From Nostoc sp. (lineage in GTDB: Bacteria > Cyanobacteriota > Cyanobacteriia > Cyanobacteriales > Nostocaceae), in assembly GCA_036918135.1 (NCBI GenBank), contig JBALDB010000007.1, forward strand, positions 1 through 64,000: a DNA stretch of 64,000 nt, given 5' to 3'. The notes under the pieces are model-generated. The model was not told the DNA's origin and ran no database searches. It worked only from the letters and a program-made list of their open reading frames with translations. The position numbers and the translations under genes are program-made. Positions 48,755 through 59,774 of the stretch are shown here, one piece after another; the first letter of the stretch is position 1; every line of letters begins with the position of its first letter.

Positions 48755-50065
48755 TTAAGATTCAGGAGCGATCGCCATACCATCGGTAAGATTAAGCAGT
48801 CCTGAAATAATAATTTTATCTTCTGGCTGTAATCCTTCAATCACTTGATAATTATTACCTTTGATTTGACCTAGCTGGACTCGCTTGAGCCGAGCTACTT
48901 GTCGAGACACACCTTGGGGAGAGTTTTCGCTTTCAACTACATAGACAAAAGTTTGCCCACCTACACGAGTCACTGCTGTTGTTGGAATCAAAATTCCGGG
49001 GCGCTCATTCCAGATGACTCTAGCCCTTGCCAATTGATTTGCACGTACCTGACTATTAGAGTTATTAAAAAGTGCTTTAATCAGTATCCCTTGTGTTTCA
49101 TTAGTAGTATTAGGTGCAATGAAAAATACTCTAGTTCTACCCAATTTCTGACCTTGTGTGTTCATAATCTCCAATGGCATTCCCTCACGCAACAGGGGTC
49201 TTCGCTGTGGAGGCACAGAAACTTTAACTTCTAAAGGTTGATTTTGCATCAAGGTAACTAATGGTGTAGAAGTATTAACCAAATCACCGACTTTCACCGA
49301 GATGTTGCCAACTGTACTACCAAAGGGAGCAGTAATTTTCTCGTACTGGAGTTGTTGTTGCTTGGGATTTACATTAGCTTGCTGTAAGGATTTTTCAGCT
49401 TGTAAGATAGTGGCTCGTTGAGCTTGAATTCTAGAATCAATTGCATTTAGACTAGTCCTAGCAGCGGCGAGCCTGCTAGCGTATTCATTGCTTGCCAGTC
49501 GAGGTACCGCTCCTTGTTGAGCTAAGCTGAAATATTTTTCGTATTCCTGCTGGCTGAGTTGTACATTAGTAACGTAAGATGGCCGTTCTGCTTCCAAAGA
49601 CTTGAGTGTAGCGCGAGCATTTTGCAGTTGAATTAAAAATCCCTGAGGTGCAGCATTAATTCCACTGACTGTTGCTTGCTGCGCTTTTAAGTCTACTTGG
49701 ATAATTGCTGCTCCTGGTGTTACTGAATCTCCAGGTTTGACAAATATCTGGGTGATTTGACCTTGAATCGCTGGCCTAAGGTTAACTGAGCGCTGTGACT
49801 CTAGAGTAGCAATAAAATCTGAACTTTCCTCAATGATGCCGCTTTGGACTGTGGATATTTTGACTCTTACTCCTTGAGCTTGAACGTTAGCAGTTGAAGG
49901 TGCTGGATTGTGTGGAGTCAGCAACCGCCAAACTATAGCTGTGCCGCCTAACAATACTAGTGCAGCTAAAAATAACCAAAGCCACCGCCGTTTTTCTGGA
50001 GGTGGCTCAAATGAAGTTTGTGAAGAATTTTCTCCAAAATCAGTTTGAGGCTCTGGGGATGTCAT
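48755..50065 (-). CDS. Efflux RND transporter periplasmic adaptor (membrane fusion protein)
   Basis: N-terminal TM; GQITQIFVKPGD, coiled coil, ITAPFG..VGDLV, GLQPEDKIIISG. Confidence 0.9.
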   Translation of the reverse strand: MTSPEPQTDFGENSSQTSFEPPPEKRRWLWLFLAALVLLGGTAIVWRLLTPHNPAPSTANVQAQGVRVKISTVQSGIIEESSDFIATLESQRSVNLRPAIQGQITQIFVKPGDSVTPGAAIIQVDLKAQQATVSGINAAPQGFLIQLQNARATLKSLEAERPSYVTNVQLSQQEYEKYFSLAQQGAVPRLASNEYASRLAAARTSLNAIDSRIQAQRATILQAEKSLQQANVNPKQQQLQYEKITAPFGSTVGNISVKVGDLVNTSTPLVTLMQNQPLEVKVSVPPQRRPLLREGMPLEIMNTQGQKLGRTRVFFIAPNTTNETQGILIKALFNNSNSQVRANQLARARVIWNERPGILIPTTAVTRVGGQTFVYVVESENSPQGVSRQVARLKRVQLGQIKGNNYQVIEGLQPEDKIIISGLLNLTDGMAIAPES

Positions 50066-50328
50066 GGCTGATAAGGAATTTAATGAATAAATTAACTAAA
50101 ACTCAATCAAGATTTTATCTGTTGAGATTGAAATTCCTGACTTTACATGAGCTATTGTGGCAAATTATATATTCGCCCATTCAAATATACTGTTTTGATA
50201 ATTCTATCTAAATCTATCTAAAGGTGAATGATTTATTTGGAAAAATGGTTATGTGAAAGTGATATCAGGGAATAACTAGATGGAGAAAAAAGAATAACAA
50301 ATGACAAATGACAAATGACAAATGACAA

Positions 50329-51315
50329 TTAACTTTTAATTTTTCCTTTTTCCTTTTTTGTTGAATGTTGATGTGAATTCTTGAGCGTAGGCGATATCAA
50401 CATTTGTTCAAAGGCTTTGGAAAGAGCAGTTTGAAAGCGCTGACGATGCTTGAGTTTGAAAAAAGGTCGAACTATTTCTACGATCGCACTCTCACCTTGT
50501 CTATTATCAATCACTCGAATTGGCTGTAAAGTTCCCAACTGAATTTCTTTTTTGACCATCAACTCAGAAATTCCAGTTGCACCTAGACCGTTTTCAATCG
50601 CTGCTTTTGCCATTTCACCACTAGTGAACACTAAAATTACATTTAGTTCACTGAGATTGATTCCCCAATTTTGCAAGGCTTCCTCAAATCTTTGCTGTGT
50701 TCCAGATTCCGGCACCCGCATTACCCAAGGAGTTTGAGTTAATTGGCTTAACTCAATTTCTGCTTGCTCAAACCAAGGATGTTTTTCACCTACTACAATT
50801 TGCAAGCGATCGCTACCGATAATTTCATATTCTAAAGTACTCTGAAGCGCCGGCTTTACATCTCCTTCCACCAAACCCAAATCAAACTGTCCCATTGCTG
50901 TTCCCACACAAATTGTTTCCGCGTTAGCAAGGGTACAGTCAATTTGAATACCGGGATATCGACTCTTAAACTCACTAATCTTACTTGGTAACCAATAATT
51001 ACCAATTGTCAAACTTGAGCCTAATTTCAATTCACCCCGTTGCAGATTATTTAATTCCCGCAATCCCCTTTCAGTTAAGGAGACTTGATCGAGAATTTTT
51101 TGTGCCTCCACTTGTAGTAACTTACCAGCCTCAGCAATCTCGATATGACGGCCAATCCGATGGAACAACTTTACACCGTATTCTTGCTCTAAGTTCTGGA
51201 TTGCTGCACTGACGGCGGGTTGTGTAATATAAAGTTCTTCTGCTGCCCGAGTAAAGTGTAAGTGGTGCGCTACAGCCAGAAATATTTTTAGCTGCTCAAG
51301 CGTCATTCCTGCCAT
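50329..51315 (-). CDS. LysR-family transcriptional regulator
   Basis: MTLEQLKIF...HFTRAAEELYITQPAVSAAIQNLE...LFHR. Confidence 0.95.
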   Translation of the reverse strand: MAGMTLEQLKIFLAVAHHLHFTRAAEELYITQPAVSAAIQNLEQEYGVKLFHRIGRHIEIAEAGKLLQVEAQKILDQVSLTERGLRELNNLQRGELKLGSSLTIGNYWLPSKISEFKSRYPGIQIDCTLANAETICVGTAMGQFDLGLVEGDVKPALQSTLEYEIIGSDRLQIVVGEKHPWFEQAEIELSQLTQTPWVMRVPESGTQQRFEEALQNWGINLSELNVILVFTSGEMAKAAIENGLGATGISELMVKKEIQLGTLQPIRVIDNRQGESAIVEIVRPFFKLKHRQRFQTALSKAFEQMLISPTLKNSHQHSTKKEKGKIKS

Positions 51316-51585
51316 TGATAGTATCCCTTAAACTTGGTGTCAAAATTTCATCACTTCCATTTATCATTTTGACAAAAAAAAGCATTTGATTCTATCATTC
51401 AGTTTGCTTAAAGTGTAAATCAAACCTTTCTACGTAGTCATTGGTCATTTGTCATTAGTCATTTGTAGTAAATAGACTAATGCCCCATGAGGCCACTTGC
51501 TTTCATGGCAGGAGGGCTAAACCCGTCCGATGCAGTGGCTTTCCAATGCCCAATGCTCAATCCCCAAAATAAGGACTTGTAATAA

Positions 51586-52290
51586 ATGAGCGGTTTAGTC
51601 ACTGCAATTACCACAGGAATTACGGCATTCAGTGCCACAAATATCGACGATATTGTGATTTTGACCTTGCTTTTTTCACAAGTAAATAAAACGTTCCGCA
51701 GTCGTCACATTATTGGTGGTCAGTATCTCGGTTTTGCAGCACTAGTTGTTGCTAGCCTTCCGGGTTTTTTGGGTGGACTAATTATACCGCAGTCGTGGAT
51801 TAAACTACTTGGTATAATGCCAATAATTATTGGTATAAGTAGTTTATTAAAACGGGAAGAGGATTCACCACAAGAGGTTTCAGAAGAAACTGAGCGTTCT
51901 TATCCCTCGCGAATTACCAGTTTTCTATCTCCGCAAACATGTAATGTAGCGGCGATCGCCTTTGCTAATGGTAGTGATAATATCAGTATTTATGTACCTT
52001 TATTTGCCAACTCTGAGTTAGAAAGTCTGCTGGTGATTTTGGGCGTATTCTTTTCCTTAGTGGGTGTCTGGTGTTATGCCGCTTATCAGTTAACTTACTT
52101 ACCTGCGATCGCTCAATTTTTAACTGATAATGGCAATACTTTTGTACCTTGTGTATTGATTGGCTTGGGTGTGTTTATTGTCTCGGAAAATGTCGCTTGG
52201 ACTCTTTTATCTGTAGTTTCTAGTTATTTATTTTCATTAATTTTGAGCAGGGGTCAGAATTCAGAAGTCAGAATTCAGGAGTTAGAATAG
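51586..52290 (+). CDS. Cadmium resistance transporter (CadD family)
   Basis: FSATNIDD, GQYLGF, ANGSDNISIYVPLF. Divergent from the LysR gene. Confidence 0.9.
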   Translation: MSGLVTAITTGITAFSATNIDDIVILTLLFSQVNKTFRSRHIIGGQYLGFAALVVASLPGFLGGLIIPQSWIKLLGIMPIIIGISSLLKREEDSPQEVSEETERSYPSRITSFLSPQTCNVAAIAFANGSDNISIYVPLFANSELESLLVILGVFFSLVGVWCYAAYQLTYLPAIAQFLTDNGNTFVPCVLIGLGVFIVSENVAWTLLSVVSSYLFSLILSRGQNSEVRIQELE

Positions 52291-52436
52291 TTAAATACTT
52301 ACAGCGGATTTCAAGGAAAGTGAATTACCTCAAATAAATTGAAAAGCTCGGTGTTAAGCCTATTTGACTCAAAAATTATAAAATTTTTTGAAAAAACTTT
52401 TGGTCAAAAAAATTACTTATCAACAGGAATTAAATC

Positions 52437-53087
52437 ATGAATATCTGGAAATCGCTGCTAATTGTTTTGATGATTTTTGTTAATCTAGCCTTTGCTCAAC
52501 CTTCTTTTGCTGATAAACCAAAATTTAGTAAAAACCCTGATTACATCGAAGTTACCAAAGCACTTAAGCAACTTACTCAGGCAAAACAAGCTAAAACTGA
52601 ACTTACAGGTGTCACACCAGAAGAAATTCAACAGAAAATCGATGAGTTAGCATTTCAAAAATATGCTTTAGAGACGGGAATTAACTGGGGTCAGTGCGAG
52701 AACCAAACAGGTAATACAATTGCAGTATATGGCAAAAGAGCAAATGAGGAAGAGGATGACGATGCTGAATACGAGAATGGTTTATATTTTCTAGCTGATG
52801 GTCAGTCAACTAAAAATAACTGGGATTGTGATGGATTATATCTGCCAAATGATGCTAAACTTGCAGCCCTAGATGGACAAATTCAAGAATGGAAAGAACC
52901 AGTAGCCATCAAAATACCTGATGGCAGTAAATTAACAATTAAAACTAATCCTGATAACGCAGCAATAAAAATCAACATTCCTAATGTTCAAATTGTTAAA
53001 GCTAATGAAGTGAACTGGTTTATCCCAAATGTATCGCAGGCTGTAATAGATACACGAGTTCCGAATGCGCCTACTGAAAAGTCTTAA
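52437..53087 (+). CDS. Hypothetical exported protein
   Basis: Signal peptide ...NLAFAQPSFA-D; Cys pair (QCENQTG, WDCDG). Confidence 0.8.
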   Translation: MNIWKSLLIVLMIFVNLAFAQPSFADKPKFSKNPDYIEVTKALKQLTQAKQAKTELTGVTPEEIQQKIDELAFQKYALETGINWGQCENQTGNTIAVYGKRANEEEDDDAEYENGLYFLADGQSTKNNWDCDGLYLPNDAKLAALDGQIQEWKEPVAIKIPDGSKLTIKTNPDNAAIKINIPNVQIVKANEVNWFIPNVSQAVIDTRVPNAPTEKS

Positions 53088-53467
53088 CTCAGTCAACATT
53101 AAACACTAGTTACTGAAATCTGTTTCTTAAGAATTGTTCTCAAATTTAACAGGGTAACAGCCAAAATCAGAGAGAAAACAGTACAAGCACTGGTAAAAAT
53201 CTCTCTAATGTTGGCTGTTTTATTTAAGTAATTACTGCTTACCGTTGGCTAAAACCCTGATTTTGATGTTGCGCTCGCTCTCAACCTCCGGAAGTTGAGA
53301 ACGACCCAAAATTTTAATTAAAATAAAGTTAGCAAAAAAATGTACAATCACAATAAATATATTTCAGCATCACAATTAACGTGTTCGATGCAAGTTTTCT
53401 GGAAGGAGATTTGCTATTACTTCGGCGTTTTTGGAAAGGAGCCTCTTTGGGGATAAAGGAATTCTTA

Positions 53468-53896
53468 ATGCAGTTAAAATCGAAACCCACAGAAGAAGAC
53501 AAAGGTCAAAAGAAAGCAGGACGACTCAATCCATCTCGTATCCGAGACCATCTGGCAAATGAGCGTACATACCTGGCTTGGATGCGTACAGGGATTGCTC
53601 TTTTGGGTTTTGGTGTGGTCATCGTGCGTCTGCGTGCTTTCCAAACACCTTTGGTACCCCGTCCTGGTAACGGTTGGAAGTTAGGTTTAGTCTTCTCGCT
53701 AGTGGGTTTGATTACAGTGTGGCTGTCAACCGGACATTATTTTGCTGTCCGTCGTGATATTGAAGAAGATACTTACGAACCAACAGACCGCTGGGTGCTG
53801 CTGTTTACATTGGCTGTGATGATTCTCGGCGCTGGAGTTATCTATTTTGTTTTTACAACTTCTTTAGATCCGACGAGTCCAGTTATTCCTGAGTAA
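53468..53896 (+). CDS. YidH/DUF202 membrane protein
   Basis: RDHLANERTYLAWMRT. ATG at 53468 preferred. Confidence 0.9.
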   Translation: MQLKSKPTEEDKGQKKAGRLNPSRIRDHLANERTYLAWMRTGIALLGFGVVIVRLRAFQTPLVPRPGNGWKLGLVFSLVGLITVWLSTGHYFAVRRDIEEDTYEPTDRWVLLFTLAVMILGAGVIYFVFTTSLDPTSPVIPE

Positions 53897-53920
53897 TGGT
53901 CTTTTTAACTGTTGGTTAGT

Positions 53921-54643
53921 TTAAAAGCGCACTTTGTACAACTCAAATAATTCACCTGATTTCTGGCTTATTAGTTTACCACCAGCAGCTTTAATCGTTT
54001 TTTCCCATTGAGCTAGAGGTTCTAAAAATACCTCAGCACCGAGATAAGTTTCTAGAACTGCCCAATCTTCTGCTAAAGGCTGTTCTGGATTAAGAACATC
54101 AAACACAAAATGTCCACCTGGTTTTAAGACTCGTTTGACTTGTGTGAGGACAGTATTCCAGTATTCGATTGGAAAATAGCAGCTAAATCCTGTGGCGATC
54201 GCCAAGTCAAATTGGGCTGATGAATAGTTTAAATCGTGAGCGGCTCCCAATTCAACACCTTTGAATAGCTTGGAATTCAACTGCGGCCCGCGAGAATTGA
54301 GAATATCCCGCGCCACATTACTGATTTCTTGTCCATAAAAAAATGCTTGCCAATCTCGCCAAGGATAAATTAACAAACTGACGCCGCAGCCAATATCTAA
54401 ACAATGTTGGTTCTTTTGAGGTTTGGCTACTTCCCAAAAAGGAGAAGCAATTCTCCCAGAAAAATTGCCGCCAGCCCACTCCCGAAAAATGGGCATTGCT
54501 TGAACTTCAGCTGGAAGTTCAACAGGTTGACCAAGATATTCTCGGTTAAAGCGGTAGGCTACTTGTGTTAATGTTTCTTGCCAGTTGCTTGATTTATGGG
54601 TGGCAAAGAGATTTTGTAATTGCGAATCCGGCTTTTTAGACAT
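53921..54643 (-). CDS. Class I SAM-dependent methyltransferase
   Basis: CLDIGCG, FDLAIA, RVLKPGG. Confidence 0.88.
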   Translation of the reverse strand: MSKKPDSQLQNLFATHKSSNWQETLTQVAYRFNREYLGQPVELPAEVQAMPIFREWAGGNFSGRIASPFWEVAKPQKNQHCLDIGCGVSLLIYPWRDWQAFFYGQEISNVARDILNSRGPQLNSKLFKGVELGAAHDLNYSSAQFDLAIATGFSCYFPIEYWNTVLTQVKRVLKPGGHFVFDVLNPEQPLAEDWAVLETYLGAEVFLEPLAQWEKTIKAAGGKLISQKSGELFELYKVRF

Positions 54644-54662
54644 GAGATTTTTGCTAGTCTTT

Positions 54663-54890
54663 CTAAGGATTGTATTCAAATTCGCTTTGGGTTCGCACCC
54701 CTATCCAATCACCTGCGGGAGTTAGTCTGACTTCGTAGCTGTAGCCAATATCCCAAAAACTGATACTGTAATAAGTGCAATGCTGCAAACATTGGTTCAT
54801 GAACTGGGTGAGTTTGCGATTATTGTAGCCATTATCAGCATACTCAATTGTTCGTTTCTCCAAAAAACCATCTTCGCTGCTTGTAGTGCC
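54663..54890 (-). pseudogene. Probable C-terminal gene remnant of unknown family
   Basis: Protein-like frame SGTTSSEDGFLEKRTIEY...WDIGYSYEVRLTPAGDWIGVRTQSEFEYNP, preceded by in-frame stops and lacking an ATG. Confidence 0.4.
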
Positions 54891-55675
54891 ACTTCAATTG
54901 CTGCGGTTTTAGTTTTGGCTAATGCACCGATAGTTTATCGCTAGTTTGATAAATTTGCAATATATTATCGTAACGATGGTTGTAGCAAAGTAGATTCAAA
55001 TAGTTGCAATAGAATACCGAGAATCTTATTAACATCATTGATGTAGTATTCAACTATATCAATGTATGCTGTTAGTCTTTCTAATATTAAAAATCGCCAG
55101 TTGCTTCCACTAATGACAACTCCATAGATTGCCTTAAAACGGCAAAAGCATACGTGCGGATACTGTAGCCTAAAAACACTCAGTGAGGAAAAGGTACATT
55201 TGCATCATATTGATAGAGACCACCATAACTGGAAGGCAAAAAATCTTCTAGTAGTTCATCAAAGCTGGCACAATTACATCCACATGAGTAAAGACAAAAG
55301 CTAAGAATATCGGAAGTTATATATAGCTAAAGTTATACGTACGAATCTAACATAGAGGTGTAGGACATGATAGTTCCCATAGACTCTACTGACTTTGGCC
55401 GTTATTGGTTTCGGGTAAGCGATCGCCTAAAAAAGCGTAACCATTCACTAATTCTGGCAAGGAATGCAGCAACTTATTTAAAATAGCAAATGTTGACTCA
55501 GTAAAAAGACCGAGTTGAGTAAGATACTGCCCCAAAATCCACACAGGAAACTATAAATACTAGAGCTTGAATTTTCTACTCTTGGAGAAAAAATTCCTGG
55601 AATTTTTTTGAGAAACCGATCGCTCGTTTGAATCAGCAAAACCACAGTAACTAATCTAATTTAGAGGATTTTGAT

Positions 55676-58369
55676 ATGTCTAGACTTACTGTTCCACCTA
55701 ATTTTATTGGTACCCACTGTAGCGATACTTTAATCGGACAAGAGTTAAATGTATCTCTAGCAATTGGTATTGATATTTTAACTGGAGGTTACATTCGTAC
55801 ACTGTCAGGAAAAGACACTATCTCTGGCACTGGTATTGGTATTGTCGGTAGCAACGCCGACGGCAGCAACGGCGGTACTGGCACTGGTATCAGCAACAGT
55901 GGCGAACTGAGTACAGGGAACCAAGAAGACAGTATCTCTGGCACTGGTATTGGCGGCAACGGCGCCGACGGTTTGGGCAACGACAACAACGCCAGCAACG
56001 GTGGTAATGGCACTGGCATTACTAACAGTGGCAAACTAAATACAGGGCAGGGGAAAGACAGTATCTCTGGCACTGGTACTGGCGGCAACGGCGGTGACGG
56101 CTACGACGGTTTTAGCAACGGTGGCGACGGCGGCAACGGCGGCAACGGTGGTATTGGCACTGGCATTGCTAACAGTGGCAAACTAAATACAGGGGACGGA
56201 AACGATGCGATCGCTGGCACTGGTACTGGCGGCAACGGCGGCACTAGCTACAAGGACAATGGCTTAGAAGAATACAAAATTAGTGAAGCTGGTACTGGAA
56301 CAGGCATCGCCAATAACAATGGCAGTATTAATACAGGGGACGGAAACGACACCATTACTGGCACTGGTACTGGCGGCAAGGGTGGCAGCGCCTACAATGG
56401 CTTTGGTGGCTTCAACGGTGGTGAAGGTGGTACTGGAACAGGCATCGCCAACAACAGTGGCAGTATTAATACAGGGGACGGAAACGACACCATCACTGGC
56501 ACTGGTACTGGCGGCAAGGGTGGCGACGGTAACGGTGATGGCTCCTACCGTGGCACTGGTGGTACTGGCACTGGCATCGCCAATAACACTGGCTATATTA
56601 ATACAGGGGACGGAAACGATGCGATCGTCGGCACTGGTAATGGCGGTGAAGGTGGCAGCGGAGGCACGGGCGAATACGGCTTCTTCGCCAAAGGTGGCAG
56701 TGGTGGTATCGGTATTGGCATCGATAACAATGGCAGTATTTATACAGGGAACGGACAAGACACGATTATCGGCACTGGTAATGGCGGCAGTGGTACTGAC
56801 GACGACTATGTCCGCCGCGGCGGTAGCGGCGGTGATGGGACGGGTATCAGCAACAGTGGTGAACTGTATACCGGAGATGGAGAAGATACGATCGCTGGCA
56901 CTGGGAATGGAGGTAAGAACGCCAGCTTGACCGAGTACAGTGGCTACGGCGGTGATGGAATCGGCATTGCTAACAGTGGCAGTATTAATACAGGAGACGG
57001 AAAAGACACGATCGACGGCATCGGTACTGGCAGTAACACCATTAACGGCTACGCCTCTTTTTCCGTCGCTATTGGAATCGGCATTGTTAACAGTGGCAGT
57101 CTGAATGCAGGGGATGGAAACGATACGATCGACGGCACAGGCACTGGCGGCGATGGCGACCGCGAAGGCGGTACTGGCACTGGCATTGTTAACAGTGGCA
57201 GTCTGAATGCAGGGGATGGAAACGATACGCTCGTCGGCACAGGCAATGGCGGCGACGGTGGCGGAAGTGACAACGGCGAAGGTGGCGACTCGGATGGTAA
57301 AGGCGGTACTGGCACTGGCATCGCTAATAACGGTGGTAGCCTGAATACAGGGGACGGAAACGACACGATCGACGGCACAGGCAACGGCGGCAACGGCGGC
57401 ATATTCTTTTACTCTTACGATGGCACCTACACTGGCGGTACTGGCATTGGCATTGCTAACAGTAGCAGCCTGAATACAGGAGACGGAAATGACACGCTCA
57501 ACGGCACAGGCAACGGCGGCAACGGCGGCGACAGGGACAACGACGACGCCGCAGACGACCTCGACGCCAAAGGCGGTACTGGCACTGGCATCACTAACAG
57601 TAGCAGCCTGAATACAGGGGACGGAAACGACACGCTAAACGGTACAGGCAAAGGTGGCAACGGCGGCGACACCAGCAACGGCAACGATGGCGGTATTGGA
57701 ATCGGTATTGCTAACAGTAGCAACCTGAATGCAGGGGAGGGAGACGATACGATCGACGGCACAGGCAATGGCGGCAATGGCAGCAATGGCGGCAATGGCG
57801 GTGCTGGAATCGGCATCCAGAACACTAAAGATGCTATCATCACTACAGGGTCAGGCGAAGACACTATTATCGGTTATGGGAATAGCTCAGGAACAAACGC
57901 CACAGCTTATGGTATTTTCAATGATGGAGTCATTAATACCGACAATGGTTCTGACAAACTTACCGGACAGGCATCTTCAACGATTGGTGGTACTGTCTAT
58001 GGCATTTATGGACAAGGAACCATCAAAACTGGCAATGGCAATGACGAAATTACCGCCATCAGTATCATAGATGGAGTTACACAGAAAGTCTCTATCGGTG
58101 GCGGGTTAACCATTGCTTTAGGCGCTGGGGATGATTACTTAAAAGGATTCGGCCAAGCAACTGTTGATGGCGGAGACGGTTTTGATACCCTGGATCTGAG
58201 CGCTTTCAATCGCTCACAAATCACTGTATCTGGTATTACTTCTGACAATACTCTTAATTCTGCTTCTTTGAGTTTCAACAGCAATGGAAACACCATTAGC
58301 TTGTCTACGACCGGCTTTGAGAAATTTATTTTTGCAGATGGCTCTTTCTCCTACAGCACTTTAACCTGA
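55676..58369 (+). CDS. Gly-rich Ca-binding/RTX-like repeat surface protein
   Basis: Many GTGIANSGxLNTGDGNDTIxGTGxGG repeats; C-terminal DGGDGFDTL...FEKFIFADG. GAGG RBS. Confidence 0.85.
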   Translation: MSRLTVPPNFIGTHCSDTLIGQELNVSLAIGIDILTGGYIRTLSGKDTISGTGIGIVGSNADGSNGGTGTGISNSGELSTGNQEDSISGTGIGGNGADGLGNDNNASNGGNGTGITNSGKLNTGQGKDSISGTGTGGNGGDGYDGFSNGGDGGNGGNGGIGTGIANSGKLNTGDGNDAIAGTGTGGNGGTSYKDNGLEEYKISEAGTGTGIANNNGSINTGDGNDTITGTGTGGKGGSAYNGFGGFNGGEGGTGTGIANNSGSINTGDGNDTITGTGTGGKGGDGNGDGSYRGTGGTGTGIANNTGYINTGDGNDAIVGTGNGGEGGSGGTGEYGFFAKGGSGGIGIGIDNNGSIYTGNGQDTIIGTGNGGSGTDDDYVRRGGSGGDGTGISNSGELYTGDGEDTIAGTGNGGKNASLTEYSGYGGDGIGIANSGSINTGDGKDTIDGIGTGSNTINGYASFSVAIGIGIVNSGSLNAGDGNDTIDGTGTGGDGDREGGTGTGIVNSGSLNAGDGNDTLVGTGNGGDGGGSDNGEGGDSDGKGGTGTGIANNGGSLNTGDGNDTIDGTGNGGNGGIFFYSYDGTYTGGTGIGIANSSSLNTGDGNDTLNGTGNGGNGGDRDNDDAADDLDAKGGTGTGITNSSSLNTGDGNDTLNGTGKGGNGGDTSNGNDGGIGIGIANSSNLNAGEGDDTIDGTGNGGNGSNGGNGGAGIGIQNTKDAIITTGSGEDTIIGYGNSSGTNATAYGIFNDGVINTDNGSDKLTGQASSTIGGTVYGIYGQGTIKTGNGNDEITAISIIDGVTQKVSIGGGLTIALGAGDDYLKGFGQATVDGGDGFDTLDLSAFNRSQITVSGITSDNTLNSASLSFNSNGNTISLSTTGFEKFIFADGSFSYSTLT

Positions 58370-58480
58370 AACTAGGATTACCACAATCCAAGTATCAAAG
58401 AAGAGCTATTGCTGAATTCAAGAATGAATCCTTGTAGAAATGTAGCAGTGCTACGTCTCTACAAGGATTTTGGTATTATG

Positions 58481-58562
58481 AGGACTTACGCAAAAATTCT
58501 GAATTTATCGAACTTCTAAGACCTTAAGAACGCCAACCATTCGTAGAATGTGCGTAAGCCCT
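58481..58562. mobile_element. MITE-like element with AGGACTTACGCA termini
   Basis: aggacttacgca...tgcgtaagccct. Confidence 0.7.
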
Positions 58563-58605
58563 AAACTACAAATTGCTGTAGCTTTTTTCAACCAGACTTA
58601 GTACA

Positions 58606-59322
58606 TTAGGCTAAATCAAAAAGTAAGATTTCGCCGCCGATATTGGTGCTAATTTCTAGCTGTTCTTCGCCGTTGATTTGCACGCCATCGCCTGCTCTAA
58701 GTTCTTCACCATTCAAGTTGACTATACCTTGGGCTACTTGTAACCAAGCATAACGACCAGGTTTGACTTGATAATTAACAACATCACCATCCTCTAAAAC
58801 AGATGTATATAACTCAACATCTTGGTGAATTGTCACAGCACCATCACGCCCATCTTTAGCAGCAATCAAGCGGAGTTTGCCGCGCTTTTCTTCTAGAGGA
58901 AAAGTTTTTTGTTCATATCTTGGTGTCAATCCTTGTCGATCGGGAAGAATCCAGATTTGTAGCAAGTGTAGTGGTTCAGTTGGCGAAGGATTAAATTCGC
59001 TGTGGCTGATTCCAGTACCAGCACTCATAATCTGTACATCACCGGGATGAATTATCGAGCCAGTACCCAAGCTGTCTTTATGCTCTACTGCACCTTCTAA
59101 GACGTATGTGAGGATTTCCATGTCACGATGACCGTGCATAGGAAATCCAGCACCAGGGGCCCCGCGATCGTCGTTGATTACCCGTAGAGAGCGAAATCCC
59201 ATACGGTTAGGATCGTAAAAACTTCCGAAGGAAAATGTGTGATAACTATCGAGCCAGCCTGTTTGAACGTGACCACGGGCGTTTCTATCATGGATTAGGT
59301 GGGTGATTGTATTTTGAGACAT
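58606..59322 (-). CDS. Pirin-family protein (YhhW-like)
   Basis: [44 protein letters not shown]. Confidence 0.95.
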   Translation of the reverse strand: MSQNTITHLIHDRNARGHVQTGWLDSYHTFSFGSFYDPNRMGFRSLRVINDDRGAPGAGFPMHGHRDMEILTYVLEGAVEHKDSLGTGSIIHPGDVQIMSAGTGISHSEFNPSPTEPLHLLQIWILPDRQGLTPRYEQKTFPLEEKRGKLRLIAAKDGRDGAVTIHQDVELYTSVLEDGDVVNYQVKPGRYAWLQVAQGIVNLNGEELRAGDGVQINGEEQLEISTNIGGEILLFDLA

Positions 59323-59710
59323 AAATTTACCTCGCTGTTTATTAGTTTTAAGTGTCAAAAACTTAAATATTTAATTACTACTAATCACGTAGTTTGTCTT
59401 CTGACTTTTAGCAAGTATGACAAATTCCTATCTTTTCTAGGAGAGACTTTGCCAAACTAGTGGAGTGTAGCTGATTACAAATTCCTAATTACTTTTGAAC
59501 TATTTAAATAATAAAACATACATATAGAAAATGAAAAGTACGCACTTAAAAGTAAGATACTTACCAAAAAGATACTGTTAAATTTTATTTAAATTGTTGA
59601 CTGGAAGCAGTAGGATATTTTTTATAAAGGAAGTCCCTTATGCATATCTTTTAATATTTAGTTTGTCACAACAAATTATGAGCAAAGTGCTTAAAGTACC
59701 TGATAAAAAA

Positions 59711-59740
59711 GGGTGCGTTAGACTAAAATCTAACGCACCC
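59711..59740. terminator. Hairpin downstream of dps
   Basis: gggtgcgttaga...tctaacgcaccc, preceded by a poly-A run (U-tract on the minus strand). Confidence 0.75.
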
Positions 59741-59774
59741 TAGTACTACTAAATCCAGTATTTTTCAGAAGTGT

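Noticed and set aside
55789..58070. Pro-rich antisense and alternative-frame ORFs
   Set aside because: They are shadows of the Gly-rich repeat gene.
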